Assembly: GCA_964106645.2 (NCBI GenBank)
Contig: OZ067045.1
Strand: one strand, 5' to 3'
DNA from: Podarcis pityusensis
Taxonomy: Eukaryota
DNA length: 64,000 nucleotides
Every line of letters begins with the position of its first letter. Position 1 is the stretch's first letter. The translations under genes and the position numbers were made by a program. Positions 47,501 through 60,714 of this stretch are shown here, one piece after another. The notes under the pieces are model-generated. The model made no database searches and was not told the DNA's origin. It was given only the letters and a program-made list of their open reading frames with translations.

Positions 47501-50500
47501 CAGTCAGTGGCTGTGGATGAGTGTAGTTTAGGAGACAAGAGTACCATATAAAGCCTCCCTAGTGAGCCTTCTAGTTGCAGGAAATAATACAGGTCTCTGG
47601 TGCCTTATTTCCTGATTCTCATCGCCCTGCCTTGCTGCATTGTACCTTGCCTGAACTCGACTGCGGTGGTGACCTTGGACTGTTGCCTCACTCTGTTTCT
47701 GGGTCACATATGAACACTCTGCTGCATATGCGACCCCCATTCTCACTGGTGAGTCCTGGGGGGGTAGCTTCTATCTCCTGTAACTGTGACCTGCCTCCTC
47801 GCCCAGCCCCTGAAGGCATTCCCTAGAGTGTGAAGATATCTGGTTAGTTTCTTCCTGCAAGCTATTTCACGGAAGGAACTTTGACCTTAGCTAGGTGTGT
47901 TTCTTTGTATACATATGTAGGGTGTGTACAGTAGATGCCGCAGAGTTTCACAGTGGCTTACAAGGATCTTGTTCCCCAAGTATTATTTTGGGTTTGGAGC
48001 AATCTCTGCAAAAGTTTACCAGGAAATGGGGCCAGGAGAGTGGGGAAGAGATAGCTGAGGGGAGCTTCCAGATGGGGGCTACCTGCCAGGCCCCTCAGTG
48101 CTGGGCCAGGGCTGGGCCTGCTGCTGCTCTAGGTGCTGCTGGACTCTCTGTAGTTGGTCCACTGCATGCAGATGGTCATAGGGATTAGGGAAGCTGCACA
48201 AATCCAGGCTGCAGAGCTGAGTCCCCAAGTCATTCAGCACATGGCTCAGGTAGCTGTGGAGGTTGAAGCGCCTCTCTGGAAACAAGTACAAAGAGGCATC
48301 ACTCTCACCCTACAGAGCCTTAATTCCCCCTCCTTTTTTCCAATTAAGTCAAGGGTTGCTCAGCTCCCCAAAGGTGCAAGCTGGTGCACAGAGCATGAGG
48401 AAGGGTGGCGCACTCTCTGTCCGAGAGGAAGGGAGTGGTGTTTGCACCCGATGCCAAGGCTACTCTTACCCTGAGGGGGACCTTCCAGGTCCTTCTGGTG
48501 CTGGAGGTAGGACTCGATGAGGTCACACAGAGCAGCCACAAGCTCCAGTACTTGCTCAGAAGTCCCAGGGAACTTGCACTGGCAGAGGCTGTTCTTGTAG
48601 AGGAAGCCCAGGGTCTCCTCCAGCTCCTGCAATGGAGAGAGCAGGGCAAGAGTGCCAAGCACCCATCAGGGCAGAGGCTGACCGCTCAGAACCTCTTGCT
48701 GACTGGAGGGACTTGTGAGGAGGGGGTCTCACTTGCTTGACTCGTGTGATGGGCATCACTTGCTTGGGGGGCATCACAGTCTGCAGGAGTTCGGGGCTGG
48801 CAGCCGGAGGCTTTGGGGCTGGGGGCTGGACCAGCTGGAAGATGTGGCTGATCAGTAGGCTCACTGGCATTAGGAAGATGGCTGTTTCCACACTCAGCAG
48901 CAGCTCGTGCCAAGTCACCATGAAAGGCCCTGTCTCGGGAGCGGGGGGGGGGGAGAGGAGGGGCAGACAGAGACCTTCAGTCAGGAGGAGCGGGTGGCCA
49001 AAAGGATCACTGCTATGGCTGAGGCAGTTTCAATGCCAAAAATGCTGGGCGGCGTCCAGAGGGGGACTCCCAGCTCCATTGTGAAGCTTAGAATCCTCAG
49101 TGCTACTTGGAGACACACAAGCCCTATGCATGGAAGGTGGAGCATGGGGACAGGAGCAAAAATACAGGACTCTTTGGGGCTCTGCCTTGGGGGCTGTGAG
49201 CCATGGCAAGTGGTGGGAAGCCAGCCTCTTCCCTACCCCACCCACTCACCTGCCCCTAGCCCAGCACCCACCTGCATCATGTTGGGGCGGGGGACAAGGA
49301 AAGGCACTGGCTATGCTAGTCTCCAGCTGGCAGCCGACTCACCAGCCTCGGGGCCTCTGGACGCTGCCTCTTTTCTCCAGAACATGATGTTGATGAGGAA
49401 GGTGCAGCAGAGGAGGGCCAGGCAGCAGGAGAGCCTCTGCACACGGGTGAAGGGGCTCCAGGGCGAGCAGGTCACCACCGACAGCCACAGGTGCTCCTGC
49501 GTCAATTTGTCCACCAGCCCTGACCAGAACTGGTACCTGGTGAAGTGGGATAAGGGATGTATTTGGTGTGGGCTGAGCCAGAGAGGGTCAAGGGCCAGGA
49601 GCAGGGTGGGACCTTTCCTGCTGCACCTAATTTCTGAATGGAGAGGAGCTGGAAGCTGCATCACACTCTCTGACCTGGAAGGAAGACCCATCTCCCAGAT
49701 GGGTGGGAGAGAAAGGCCCTCTCTGTGTATAGTCAAAGGAACTTTCTGCACTGGGTCTGAGATTTGTCATTCCAAGCAGATTCTGGGACAAAGCCTGCCG
49801 TTCCCTGACTTTTATTTTTTGATGTCTGCATATTGCTTTTTCACACAGGTGTTCTTAGCATAATTCAGTCAAAGGCAAGGTACCTGTTGGGTAGATCAGG
49901 GACAGAAACACCCCAAGGGCAAAAACACATTCCAGAGATGCCACAAACTGGCAGGAGGTGGGTGGGTGGGGCTCATATTTACCTGAAGGACAGGAGATCC
50001 CTCTCGGAGGCAGCAGCAAAGACTTTATCCACATGGCCGTCCTCCAGGTCAGCTGCCAGCCAAGAGTCACACAGGAAATGCCACTTCTTCTTGGCAGGCA
50101 GGTCACAGACAACCAGCCGCCTCACAAACCTGCAGGAGGCTCAGGCCTTTCAGTCATTTGCCCACACATGGGTGGCACTGCCAAGCAGTCATGTGATGCC
50201 CATTAGCTGCAGCCAAGGGATCTGCCCCCACTCCCCCATCACTCAAGAGCTGCAGGTTAAAGGGAAGCAGTGGGGATCTTTTCCTTCTGCCCTCATTACC
50301 TTGCCAAAGCAGAGAGCTGCATGTGGCTTCCTTCAAGCACAAGGGAAGCTTTGCTCCAAGTTAACCTATACATAAAGCGTTCTTTGCCCAGCAGCTTTGG
50401 GAAAAGACTGAATGTGGAAGGGTATTCCCTCTCTGATGTATCCCTTATGTTTGGGGGTTCAGACCAAAGGTGGGTCATAATGCATTATTTGACATGACAA

Positions 50501-51786
50501 TGTAGCCTCTGGAGCCAAAGCTGGCCTTTAACATGGTGGGCATGAACCTTGGGTGGGACAAGACATGCCACAGTTCCATCGTCCCCCTGGAATGTCCAGC
50601 TGTCCTGCAGCTAGTTTTGCTACAGTTGGACAGGGATCTTGTGAATTTCTTCAGCATAGGCTTGAAAGGAGGTGCCGTATTTTTTGCTCTATAAGATGCA
50701 CTTTTTCCCTTCTAAAAAGTATGGGGAAATGTGTGTGTGTCTTATGGAGCGAATGCAGGCTGCGCAGCTGTCCCAGAAGCCAGAACAGCAAGAGGGATAG
50801 CTGCGCAGCAAAAGCAGAGACCCCTCTTGCTGTTCGGGCTTCTGGGATTCAGAATATTTTTTTTCTTGTTTTCCTTCTCCAAAAACTAGGTGTGCCTTGT
50901 GGTCTGGTGTGTCTTATAGAGTGAAAAATATGGTACTTTGAGGACCTGGGAATTTTGCATGTGTCTAGGTCCTGGCAGCATAACCCCATGGCATGGGAGG
51001 ACTAGGTATGCCAGCTGCAGTGTCCCTTTGCCTACTAGCATCTGATAAGGTCTGGTGATGCCAAGGACTCTCCCACACCAGTCGTGTGCTTCCAACCTCC
51101 TCCTTGCCTGGCATCCCAGTTGCAGTCTGGTTCGCCTCTAACCCCACCCTCAGCCCTCGCTGGGCCATGGACTTACCAGCTGGGGTTGGACCCAGTGTTG
51201 TCGTGCCAGAGGCGGATGGCGTGGAGGTTGCCCAGGGACTTCTGTGTGGCAAGGAGGAAGGCATCACGCCCACCTCGCTCAAAGGAGGGCCCCTGGAGGT
51301 GCTGTAGCAGGTGTGGCTCACTCCGGCCCTCTGCCCCATAGAGGGTCAGGATAACCTCAAGCCAAGGAGGGAGAAGGGGTCAATCAAGGAAAGGGAAAAG
51401 AGGGCGGATGCTGGGTGGGGTTCATGGATTGCTTCCTTTCCTCAATTCCTTGCCCAAGCAGGGAGCACATGAAGGATGTCATCAAAGACAGGCTTTTGCA
51501 TGCAGCCAGTCACACAGAAGCCTGCACCCCACACACCCACACACCCACACCCCGATAGGGAGAGATCTGCCAGACTCGGCCCAGATTCTGTGGGCAGGTG
51601 CCTGAGGTCACGGAACTTGATGGGCAACACTTGTACCATCAACAGTACAAAGTGGGCCTGCAGGAAAGTGAGACCCTCCCCTACCTTAGCAGAGGTCCCA
51701 GCCCCTCGGCGGTAGCCTGTGAAGACTTGTACCAGGTAAGGGAAGCAGGCGGTGGCCTCATTATCTGCTAGGATTGTGACCTTCAC
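41328..51786 (-). CDS. PKD1L3: Polycystin-1-like 3, 3' part (PLAT domain to C-terminus); 5' exons absent from window
   Basis: 19 phase-consistent exons: 51685-51786, 51177-51355, 49983-50129, 49343-49536, 48733-48929, 48470-48626, 48083-48275, 46895-47147, 46450-46552, 46168-46311, 44786-44971, 44060-44351, 43565-43698, 43268-43392, 42539-42699, 42226-42436, 42010-42111, 41626-41757, 41328-41441. Motifs [50 protein letters not shown]. Syntenic next to IST1. Confidence 0.92.
41459..41495 (+). repeat. (GA)n microsatellite
   Basis: About 18 perfect GA units. As (CT)n on the minus strand it forms the pyrimidine tract of the last PKD1L3 acceptor. Confidence 0.95.
42835..43225. mobile_element. Cluster of palindromic hAT-like MITEs
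   Basis: aaccttgggtccccagatg...acaactcccatc / gatgggagttatagtccaacaacatctggggacccaaggtt palindrome, plus two related degraded copies. Confidence 0.7.
45547..45777. mobile_element. Tigger-type MITE
   Basis: TA-CAGTGGTATCTCGGGTTA...TAACCCGAGGTAACACTG-TA. Confidence 0.85.
50675..50933. mobile_element. pogo/Tigger-type non-autonomous DNA transposon
   Basis: CCGTATTTTTTGCTCTATAAGA...TCTTATAGAGTGAAAAATATGG-TA terminal inverted repeats. Confidence 0.8.
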
Positions 51787-51839
51787 CTGGAGGGGGGAGA
51801 GACACAAATGGGGTGGGTGGCCCTAGAAATGGCCAAGCC

Positions 51840-53523
51840 CCCCAAAAGGATTATAATTCGAACATCAAACAAGCGATTTCCCCCCCTTGATTGCAGGGGA
51901 GGAGGGGGGAAAGGTTTGAACTGTATTTCCCTGTAGAAAAGAGAGGAAAAGAAGCTAAAATCCACCGCTCAAAACCCTGGAACGGGTTGCCAGTGAACAG
52001 TAAGAAAGCCATATTGGGAATGCGCTGTTGCTGAAAGTACTCTTTGACAGTTAACTCTGCATCTGAGATACAAGTAAGATACAATATTTCTGACTGGCTT
52101 CTCCTGGTTTTAAAGTAACAGGAAATAACTGAGATTGAAACTGTTGTCCTTTTTGTGAATTGGGGGGCTAAAGGAAAAAGTTAATTACTTTAAGACACTT
52201 CTGACTGCTACTGTGTCCCCCTAGAGGAAGTTTGAAATTGTTACAATAGCAGCTGGGCCAGGGGAATTTTCCACTTCAAAACAAATTCTGATCGTGAGAT
52301 TGACCTTGGACCTTATCTAGAGTGTTATGGCAGATGGAAAGGAGAAAATAGATTCGCTACAGGAAAAAGCAACGAGGTCTGGCAGAGTATTTCGTACAGA
52401 CGGTGGGCTGCAGCGAAGAGCATCGACATCTGGCCCTTCTGGATTACCAACAGGAGCCTCATCGGCACAACCTAAACCCAAAGGAATGGCAGCTGAAGAT
52501 GCTTTGGCTCAGGCACTTGGTAAAATTAATGAATCTTTGGACAAAATAAGTAAACAAGTAGCATAAGCATTGGGCAAAATTGACCAAAATACTACAAGTA
52601 TTAATAATTTGGGACAGAAGGTAAATACCAATACAGAAACTATTCAGAAATTACTACAGGAATCTACCTCGACACGAAAGACAGCCGAAGAGGCAAAGGA
52701 AATAGCAACAGCTACAGCCACTGTGGTAGAAGAGAAGATACCACCGTTATACAAACAACTTGAAGACCACAGGTCAATATTGTCTATGATTGAGTTGAAG
52801 GAGAAACAAACGAATTTAAGGATCAGGGCCGTACCTGAACTTGAGAAAGACAACTTGATTGACTTTCTTACGCAGGAATTTGCAAACTTTTGGAACCCAG
52901 ATTTGGAGAAGGATAGTTTCAAGATAGTGAGTGCCTTTAGGCTTGGAAGAGGAGGGAGGAGGAACAGGGTGAGAGACTGTTTGATCACCCTCCGAACAAA
53001 AGAGGAGAGAGACAAAATCTTGAGTCTGCACTTCCAGAAGACTTTGGAAATACATCAGTCAAAAGTGGAGATATTTAAGGATATTCCGAAGTATCTTTTG
53101 GACCTTAGGTCCAATTATAGAGATTTGGTTGCCCTGTTGAGAAGTAACATAATTATCTTTAGGTGGGAATTCCCCCAAGGCCTATCCTTTAGTTACAAAG
53201 GGAAGAAGATAAAAATAAGATCAGAGGACGACAAAGATAGATTTTGGAGAGACCACAGAGAAGACCTACAGAAGGAAGCTGCAGAAGAGTTAAGAGCACT
53301 TGTAAGCGAAACTTTAGACATACCAGGTTTACCTCCTGAACTAAAAGACCGCCTGAAGAAGGGGATACCACCGACAGATCAGGAACAGGCGCTGGGTGCA
53401 GTTGGAGGAGAAGCAAAGTAACTACATCATGGCTCTGCAACTATTAAGCTGGAACTGTAATGGTTTGAACTCCCCTCAGAAAAGGAGATCTGTGTTTCAT
53501 TTATTAAAAAAGGAACAATTGGA
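51840..53523 (+). mobile_element. L1-clade LINE, 5' portion (5'UTR, ORF1 with one premature stop, start of ORF2), truncated by assembly gap
   Basis: ORF1 52327-53421 has a coiled coil then NLRIRAVPE...AFRLGR...IFKDIP...FRWEFPQGL, with TAA at 52564-52566. ORF2 from 53429 reads MALQLLSWNCNGLNSPQKRR (APE endonuclease N-terminus). 5' boundary approximate. Confidence 0.9.
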
Positions 53524-53723
53524 NNNNNNNNNNNNNNNNNNNNNNNNNNNNNNNNNNNNNNNNNNNNNNNNNNNNNNNNNNNNNNNNNNNNNNNNNNNNN
53601 NNNNNNNNNNNNNNNNNNNNNNNNNNNNNNNNNNNNNNNNNNNNNNNNNNNNNNNNNNNNNNNNNNNNNNNNNNNNNNNNNNNNNNNNNNNNNNNNNNNN
53701 NNNNNNNNNNNNNNNNNNNNNNN
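53524..53723. other. Assembly gap (200 N)
   Basis: Run of exactly 200 N. Confidence 1.
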
Positions 53724-54908
53724 GCGACAGAAGCCCCACTGAGAGCATTCCTCTCTTTCTCACAGACACAAAGGAAAAATAATTAATCAACTCAACATCG
53801 AGTGACAGCTCTATCCCATCCCATCTACATAGCACCAGCAAGCTGTTCCTGTCCTGACCAGTAAAAGGCCAAGGCCACTTTTATGCTTGAAGGTTGGAAA
53901 GTGCTCCGAGAATTGTTGCCCTTGTAAAAGGAACTCGTGCCGTGCAGAGTCTGTGACTGAAGCGGCCTGGCTCTTTGCGGTTTTGGAAACACTTACTGGC
54001 TGCCTACCCACACAGAGACCGGTTCCTTGCCAGGATAGCGTGAGGCTCCTATTAAAGGTCTCTCCTCTCTGCTTCCCCTTCCTTGATTTGCTTAGCGTGA
54101 ATTTGACTGTGGCCATAATTTACGCATCTTCCTGGTTTAAGGCCTGGAATAGCCAGCCGAGAAGCAGCGCCAGCTTACTCGTTCCTTTCCAATCCCAGTT
54201 TGATACCAGCAAACCCCGTGGGGGCGCTTCGGTTTTCCTGCCGCAAAGGCACGAGGCTGGCGGCTTCATCATCTTAATAAAGACGCACACCACACAGTGG
54301 AGAGACCGCTTCAAGTGCACAAGCATCGCTTATTATTTCTCAAGCCAGACCTCAGCAGTCCTTACAACAACCCTACAGGTAGACCAGTTATGGCTCGACG
54401 GAGTAGAGCTCGCGGGGATGCCGGGGCGCGACGTCACGTGCAGAGGGGAAGGGCAGGTGCGTTTGTCGCTATAGCGATGCCGCCGCCGCCGCTTCCTCGG
54501 CTGTCGTTATGGCAACCTCAGGCGGCGATCACGTCATCGCTGTGCGCTGTGCGCGCGCCGTCCTAACGTCATGAGTCTCGGCAGTTCCGGCGCGCCGTGC
54601 AAGGCGGCGGCAGCGGCGGCGGCGGAGAAGAAAGAGGGCGGGGTCAGGCCCGGGGTGGCTGCGGAGTCGGCGGGCAGAGGGATGGCACTCAGCCGTGGAG
54701 GCGGCGGCGGTGGCGGCGGGTAAGCGACAGGAGTGTCCGGGGCTCCCTTCCCCCCCGCCGGGCGGAAGCCGCCCGCCTGCCCCCCCCCCCACCCGGCTGA
54801 CCCCTGTGCTCTTCTCTGTGTCTTTGCAGGTGATCCCGCCCGGAGACCCCCTTGAGGAGGAGGAGGCGACAGCAGCGGCCCACCTTGCAGCTTCCCGAAG
54901 CGAGCGCC

Positions 54909-56894
54909 ATGAGAGCGGCTCAGGAACGGGGCCAGGAATTCCTCCCCCCCAAGAAGCGCGACCTGCCGGTGGCTGCCAACAACGAAGAGCCGGGGCGGGC
55001 GGCTGAGTCGGGTCTGGTGGGCGGTGGCGGCAGCGAGACCTCTGTGGAATGGTCCCGGGGCTCAGCAACAGGCAGGCAGAGCCAGGCACCTTCACGTTAC
55101 ACGGAGGCTGGTGGCAGCTCCGACACAGTGACCAGTCTTACCGTGGACCAGTACGGCTTATTGTACAAAGTGGCGATGCCCCCGGCCACCTTCTCACCCG
55201 TGGTGAATGTCAGCCCGCTGCCTCCAGCCTTCAGTATGACCTCGCAGCTGATCCCGCACCCTGGTATCCCCTACTCGCCTATCCATTACACTCAACTTCC
55301 TCCTGCTCCCTTGCAGTTTGTGGGATCACACTACTCTGTACCCTATGCCGCCGCTGTGCCTCCTGGCTTCCTGCCCAGCCACCTTCTGTCCTCTTCAGCC
55401 AGCCTTGCTGCCTCTCATATCCCACACTTTGTGCCCTATGCACCTCTCCTGGCTGAAGACTCTGCTCCTTCTCCACAGGCAGCCCACAGCTTTGGCAAGA
55501 CCAGTGCCTCAGTTTTGCCTTCAGGCTCTCTGCAGCCCCACGTTGGAGGTCAGCCACTGGATGTTACACAGGGCCGAATTCCAGTCTATTATCAGATGTC
55601 CCGTCTGCCAGCAGGCTATTCATCATTTGAAGCTTCTGTTGCTGGCCCAAACACTGAGCAGTCTCTGCAGGAGAATCAGCTAGATCCTAAAGTCACAGCA
55701 AATGGGGTGCAAAGGTCTGCCGTAGGGGCGAAGGAAAGTGAGGCTGAAGGGCAGTGGCCAAGGACAACGGTAGAGTGCAGCACTGAAGGTACCTTCTTGA
55801 CAAGCAGTCAGATTTTGAGAACAGAGATCTCTGTGCCATCTCAGCGGAGCACCCCAGATACAGACCTGGAGGTGCAGAGGGTGGTTGGAGTGCTTGCTTC
55901 CCAGGACTACCCTGTTTGTTCTGCTCAGCAGAAGGATGGCTTGAGCCCTCTAAACCTTTCCCATCGTAATCCCCCTGAGCAGAAGGCAGAGTCAATGAGG
56001 AACCCAGTGGAACTTGTGATGGCTGCTACTGCTGAGAAAAGCCACTTTCGGAGACTGTCGCCAAAGTCCCCTGAGGAGCAGCTCCGCCATCGGCAAATAC
56101 TGAAAGGCATTACAATGGCCAATGGTCGGCCAGTCTCAGGGTCCCTACATCCTGGGGCTCAGGATGGCCTGGGAGGTGCAAGTCCTGAGGGAACAGCCCA
56201 TGAGGGACTACCTGACACGGAATGTGCCCATTCCCAGAGCCACTTACCCTCCCACTTCATGAAAGGAGCCATCATCCAGCTGGCCACAGGAGAGCTAAAG
56301 AGGGTGGAGGACCTGCAGACCCAGGACTTTGTGCGCAGTGCAGAGGTGAGTGGTGGCCTCAAGATTGACTCCAGCACTGTGGTGGACATCCAAGAGAGTC
56401 CCTGGCAGGGTTTCGTCACACTGCATTTTGTGGTGGGGGAGCAGCAGAGCAAAGTGAGCATCGATGTGCCCCCTGAGCACCCTTTCTTTGTGTATGGACA
56501 GGGCTGGTCCTCATGCAGTCCAGAGAGGACGAATCGGCTCTTCTCACTCTCCTGCCACAGGCTGCAGGTGGGAGATGTTTGCATCTCCATCAGTTTACAG
56601 AGTCTGAATGGGAGGCTTGTGCCCCAGGCAAGCCCCCAGAGTGCTACCCGAGAGAGACCTGGGCGGGGTGGGGAGAGTCTCCAGGAGCTGCAGAAAAACC
56701 CATTGGAGAAGGGTGGGGTGGCAGTGGGCTCCCCCCAGGAATCCACCCACCATGATCCTGTTTCTCTGCATGGTTGGGCAGGCCCCAGCTTCCAAAGGTC
56801 TGGGGAGGAGCCCCGGCCACCACTCCTCCGCCCTTCATTCATTCCCCAGGAGGTCAAGTTGTCCATCGAGGGCCGTTCAAATGCAGGGAAGTGA
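54909..56894 (+). CDS. ATXN1L: Ataxin-1-like, copy 2 (probably allelic)
   Basis: Same protein as copy 1 except C393R (T22602 vs C56085); at least one synonymous change. Confidence 0.93.
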   Translation: MRAAQERGQEFLPPKKRDLPVAANNEEPGRAAESGLVGGGGSETSVEWSRGSATGRQSQAPSRYTEAGGSSDTVTSLTVDQYGLLYKVAMPPATFSPVVNVSPLPPAFSMTSQLIPHPGIPYSPIHYTQLPPAPLQFVGSHYSVPYAAAVPPGFLPSHLLSSSASLAASHIPHFVPYAPLLAEDSAPSPQAAHSFGKTSASVLPSGSLQPHVGGQPLDVTQGRIPVYYQMSRLPAGYSSFEASVAGPNTEQSLQENQLDPKVTANGVQRSAVGAKESEAEGQWPRTTVECSTEGTFLTSSQILRTEISVPSQRSTPDTDLEVQRVVGVLASQDYPVCSAQQKDGLSPLNLSHRNPPEQKAESMRNPVELVMAATAEKSHFRRLSPKSPEEQLRHRQILKGITMANGRPVSGSLHPGAQDGLGGASPEGTAHEGLPDTECAHSQSHLPSHFMKGAIIQLATGELKRVEDLQTQDFVRSAEVSGGLKIDSSTVVDIQESPWQGFVTLHFVVGEQQSKVSIDVPPEHPFFVYGQGWSSCSPERTNRLFSLSCHRLQVGDVCISISLQSLNGRLVPQASPQSATRERPGRGGESLQELQKNPLEKGGVAVGSPQESTHHDPVSLHGWAGPSFQRSGEEPRPPLLRPSFIPQEVKLSIEGRSNAGK

Positions 56895-59800
56895 AGCCCG
56901 AGTGGTGGGCGAACTTGTGTGCCACGCTTAACTGGGTTCCTTCCAGTTTGGCCACTGCTCAGATGCTTGGCCCTTCCCCCAGTTGTGTGCCTAGAATCAT
57001 TCCACTGACAGAGGCTCCTTCTCTCCACCCCCTGTAGGGGAGGTCTGAGCCTGGGTAGGGTAGATTGGGGTCAGCCAAGGGGAGACTCTGAAGGAAGCAG
57101 TGACTGTGCTGCTTCTGTGAGGAGAGGAGCAAGGGCTCAACATCCCCCACCACCTCACTCAAGCACTTTATTGGACACTTGCTCACACATAGCAGGAGGG
57201 TGCTTTTACCAGGGCAAGGGAGCAGTGAGGGAGTTTGCCAGGTTTCTTCTGCTCGGGTCCCAAGTTAAGGATTTTTGTCTGGGCCTCCCAGCAGCCCCTC
57301 TCCAGGCACCGAGTCAAGGGAGCCTGGATTTCTCCTCAGGGAGGTAGTATTTGTATGCAATTTCCTCACATGTGTTAGATTGAAAGGAAATGGTTAATAG
57401 TCTGTTAAATTGCAAACCTGGCAATGTGTTGCCTCACAGCTCTGCAGCCAGGTAGAACTCGAATCCCATAGGTGGGAATGGTGTAGGTGTACGTGTGAGA
57501 GGATGTTCTAGCTCTGGCTTCTTCAGCTATCTCCATCCTGCTCTTAAGTCCCCACCTCCATCTTCTAGAAAGGCTGCATCCACTTCTGTTGCAGATGCCT
57601 TAGATGTTCACAGGTAAGCCAGGTCTGAATGGCCTGGGCTGACTAAGGCTTGTCACAGTGGTGGATGCCTCAAGTTACAGCCAGCTCCTTTGAAAAGTGC
57701 AATGCAGTTTGTATATAAGAGCATGCTAGTGCACATACAGACACTCCTGCTTTTCCTTGGGGTGATTAAAGCATTTCCTATTGAGAGTTTGGAGAGGGGA
57801 CATTCTGGCCACTGTAACCAGCTTGAATGGCCCCCACTACATGTGTAAGATTTCTTTGGATATTAGAAAAATGTATTCAGGTTCTTCTGATAAAGATGAA
57901 AATTGCTCTTCTGCGTGCACTGGTGACTCAAACAGAATGAAAGAAGATAAAACGTGCAAGTGGTTAACAGTTTTTGAGCCGAGAAAGCTGTAGAACTGCT
58001 TGGGTTCAAGACACTGGCTGAGTACCCTCTCCTGCACTGGTGCCCACAACTCGGCAGGGGCGAGCTCTAGGGCTCTGAATCATAGCCGTGACTCTGCATC
58101 AGTGCCATCCAAGTCCCACTCCAAAATAGCAGCCAGGAAGCTCCTCCCACTGCTCCAAATGGGCAGTCTTGGCTTGTTTCCCTTGGATGTTTTGTCTACA
58201 GTTGTTGCTTTTAGGCCATTGCCAACAGGCATTCCTGGCTCACAACGGGAACTGCTTTCCTGTCTGACCAGCCACCTCATCCACTCCAAGCCCTCTCTAT
58301 ATGAAAGGTGGAAGACTTTGCTGTTCTCCTCTGGAAGGCCCGGCACTTTGCACTATTCCGAGCCAGGTTTCCCCGCAAACCACCCTCTGCCTTCCTTACT
58401 TGCTCTTGGGCTCCCCTGGATTGTGTGCTTATTAGACCAACGCTCATTTCCATGTAAATGCTGGCCTTGGTTTCTCCTTTGTCCTTCAGCTCCCCTGCCG
58501 CCAGGGAGGAGATGCCTGCTTCATGCCATTAGGGCAGAGTGCCCTTCTACTCCCAGGGCTTCATGGGAGCTGGATCACTTGCACAGCATCACAGCAGAAG
58601 AGCCTGATTGGCCACCTCTTTCATTGGCACCAACTCTGCCCCTCCGTGGCTATTGAGGGTCAGTTCCCCTCAGTTCATCTGGACCGCCCAACACTACTGC
58701 CACCCTGGTCCAGTGCTGTTTCAGGATAGCTTGCTGCACAGCCCTTAGGGCCCAGGACCAAGTTAGGAATAGAGCTGCAAAATATGGAAGTGTCTTTGGG
58801 CACTACTCCATCTGGGGCCGCTGGAGGGTTGGGAGAACCAGCTTCCTAGAGCAATAAGCTATTTCTCTCTTGTGACACTACAACACGACCCCTTTCCAGG
58901 CCCTAGTAAATATTTGGGAAGGGCTCCCTAATATGCAATATTGTGGGACTGGCAGCTGCACAGCTGTGTCCATTTGGCCATTCCATGGGGTAGGATGGGG
59001 GCTGCTAAAAGAGACACGTTTCAGTGTGGGTTGCCAAACTAGGGGGTGATGAACTGGGGTCCTGCTTTTCAGAAGGGCACCAACCAGATACCCTTTCCAG
59101 CTAAAATGTTTCCCGTCCCTTCTTGCCAGCTGTTTCTGTAGCCCTTGCCTGCAAGAGCAAACATCCACTTCTATTAAGTCCCACCTCTGCCCAGAAACAC
59201 TGAGCGATGGCCTGACCCAGTGGCTTGTTGCAGAGAAAGTTCCTTTGCTATATCTCAAGATGCACTGAGGAAGAAAGCAAACGGAGTCAGCCTGCCACCC
59301 TTCAATCCCTTGCATAGCACCTTAGTTGGGGTGGGTCACCTTCCTGTATGCAGCTGGCAAGGGGCGAGTGTGTAGCAACCCTGCAACCAACACCGGTCAT
59401 CTTCGCTCCAAAACCCACTGCATCGTATCTCTAAAGCCTTAGGACTAGCCGAGTGCCCAGCCCCTTTTCTCCTACCTGATCTTTAATGAAGCATTACCAA
59501 TCTAAGGAGGATAATCTATTTTGTTGTGCTTTTTTTGTACCTGTTTTAAATAAATCAATTTGTACTGTATATTTGTATTTTGGGTGAGATCCTTTTTCCT
59601 GTTTTACCATTTAAAGTCTCTGTACACACAGATTGTATTTTTATTGTTAATGCTCTTATGAATACTGCATTTAACTTGTTGACTTATGTAAACAGTATAT
59701 ATACATATATCTATATCTATATATATATCTATATAATTATAAGCCAATAGCTTTTCCTTTGATGTGTCTGTGTCTTGCTTGTCTCCTGGAGAAAATTTTG

Positions 59801-60714
59801 GCAGAAATACCAAAGCTCATAAAGGAAACTTCCTTACATTCATACGATGGTCACTAAAGCCCCAATTAGCAATGTTCACACTGGCACAATTACCTCTGTT
59901 CTGTTGTGTAAAAAATTTAACAGGCTGCACATAGGTTTTATGATTTAAGATTAATAGAACAGAACAGACCTGGCTAACAAGACAGAGATAACTTCACCTC
60001 GCTTGTGCAGCCAAGTCTCTCCCTTTTACCTAGTTTGGAAGTTGGGCAAGAGACGACACAGGCTGCTGACCAAGAAAAGAAATATACCCCTCAGCAGGGT
60101 CTTCCTCTAGCCTTTGTTTAGAAGTCTGCCTTTCACTGGTGCTCCTTCCACCACCATCTCTCTACGCACAAAGGCAAGAAGAACAACAGCACTCAAATCT
60201 AGGACCTTTCTCCCTCCCCAACACATATCCCCCCAGAATGTCAAATTCTTCCACAAACCTCCCATTTGGTGCTGCTGTACCTAAGTCTAGCAGCCACTAT
60301 GATTAGGCCTAATACACCCCTGTGGGTAACTTGTGAGGCTCCAAGCCGTATTATACACCTCCCTCTTCAGGACTCCACCTTCTTTGCTTGTCCCCACTTA
60401 AGAGCTCCAGCGTGATGTAGTAAGGGGCAGGCTACAGAACTGCAAAGTTCCAGCTGGATCTTGCCCAGCAAGGAAGCAAGCTGGGCAAGGCAGAAGCAGC
60501 AGCTGCCTCTCAAGCTGCTGCAGTGAATTGGCCAAGCCCAAGAGGCACAGACTGAGGACATGTACAATTAATTTATTTCTGATCACAGCCAGTGCGCCCG
60601 CCCCTTCCTCCCTCCCTGCCCCTCTCAGACCGTTGTCACACTCCAGTTCCATGCTTCACTGGCGGAGCAAGTGGGGCCTCAGCAGACAAGAGCAGGTCCT
60701 CCTTTTTACCCTCC

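Noticed and set aside
48907-49863. 318-aa plus-strand ORF
   Set aside because: Antisense to PKD1L3 exons and introns; no independent coding signal.
53396-53841. ORFs spanning the N run
   Set aside because: Artefacts of translating through the assembly gap.
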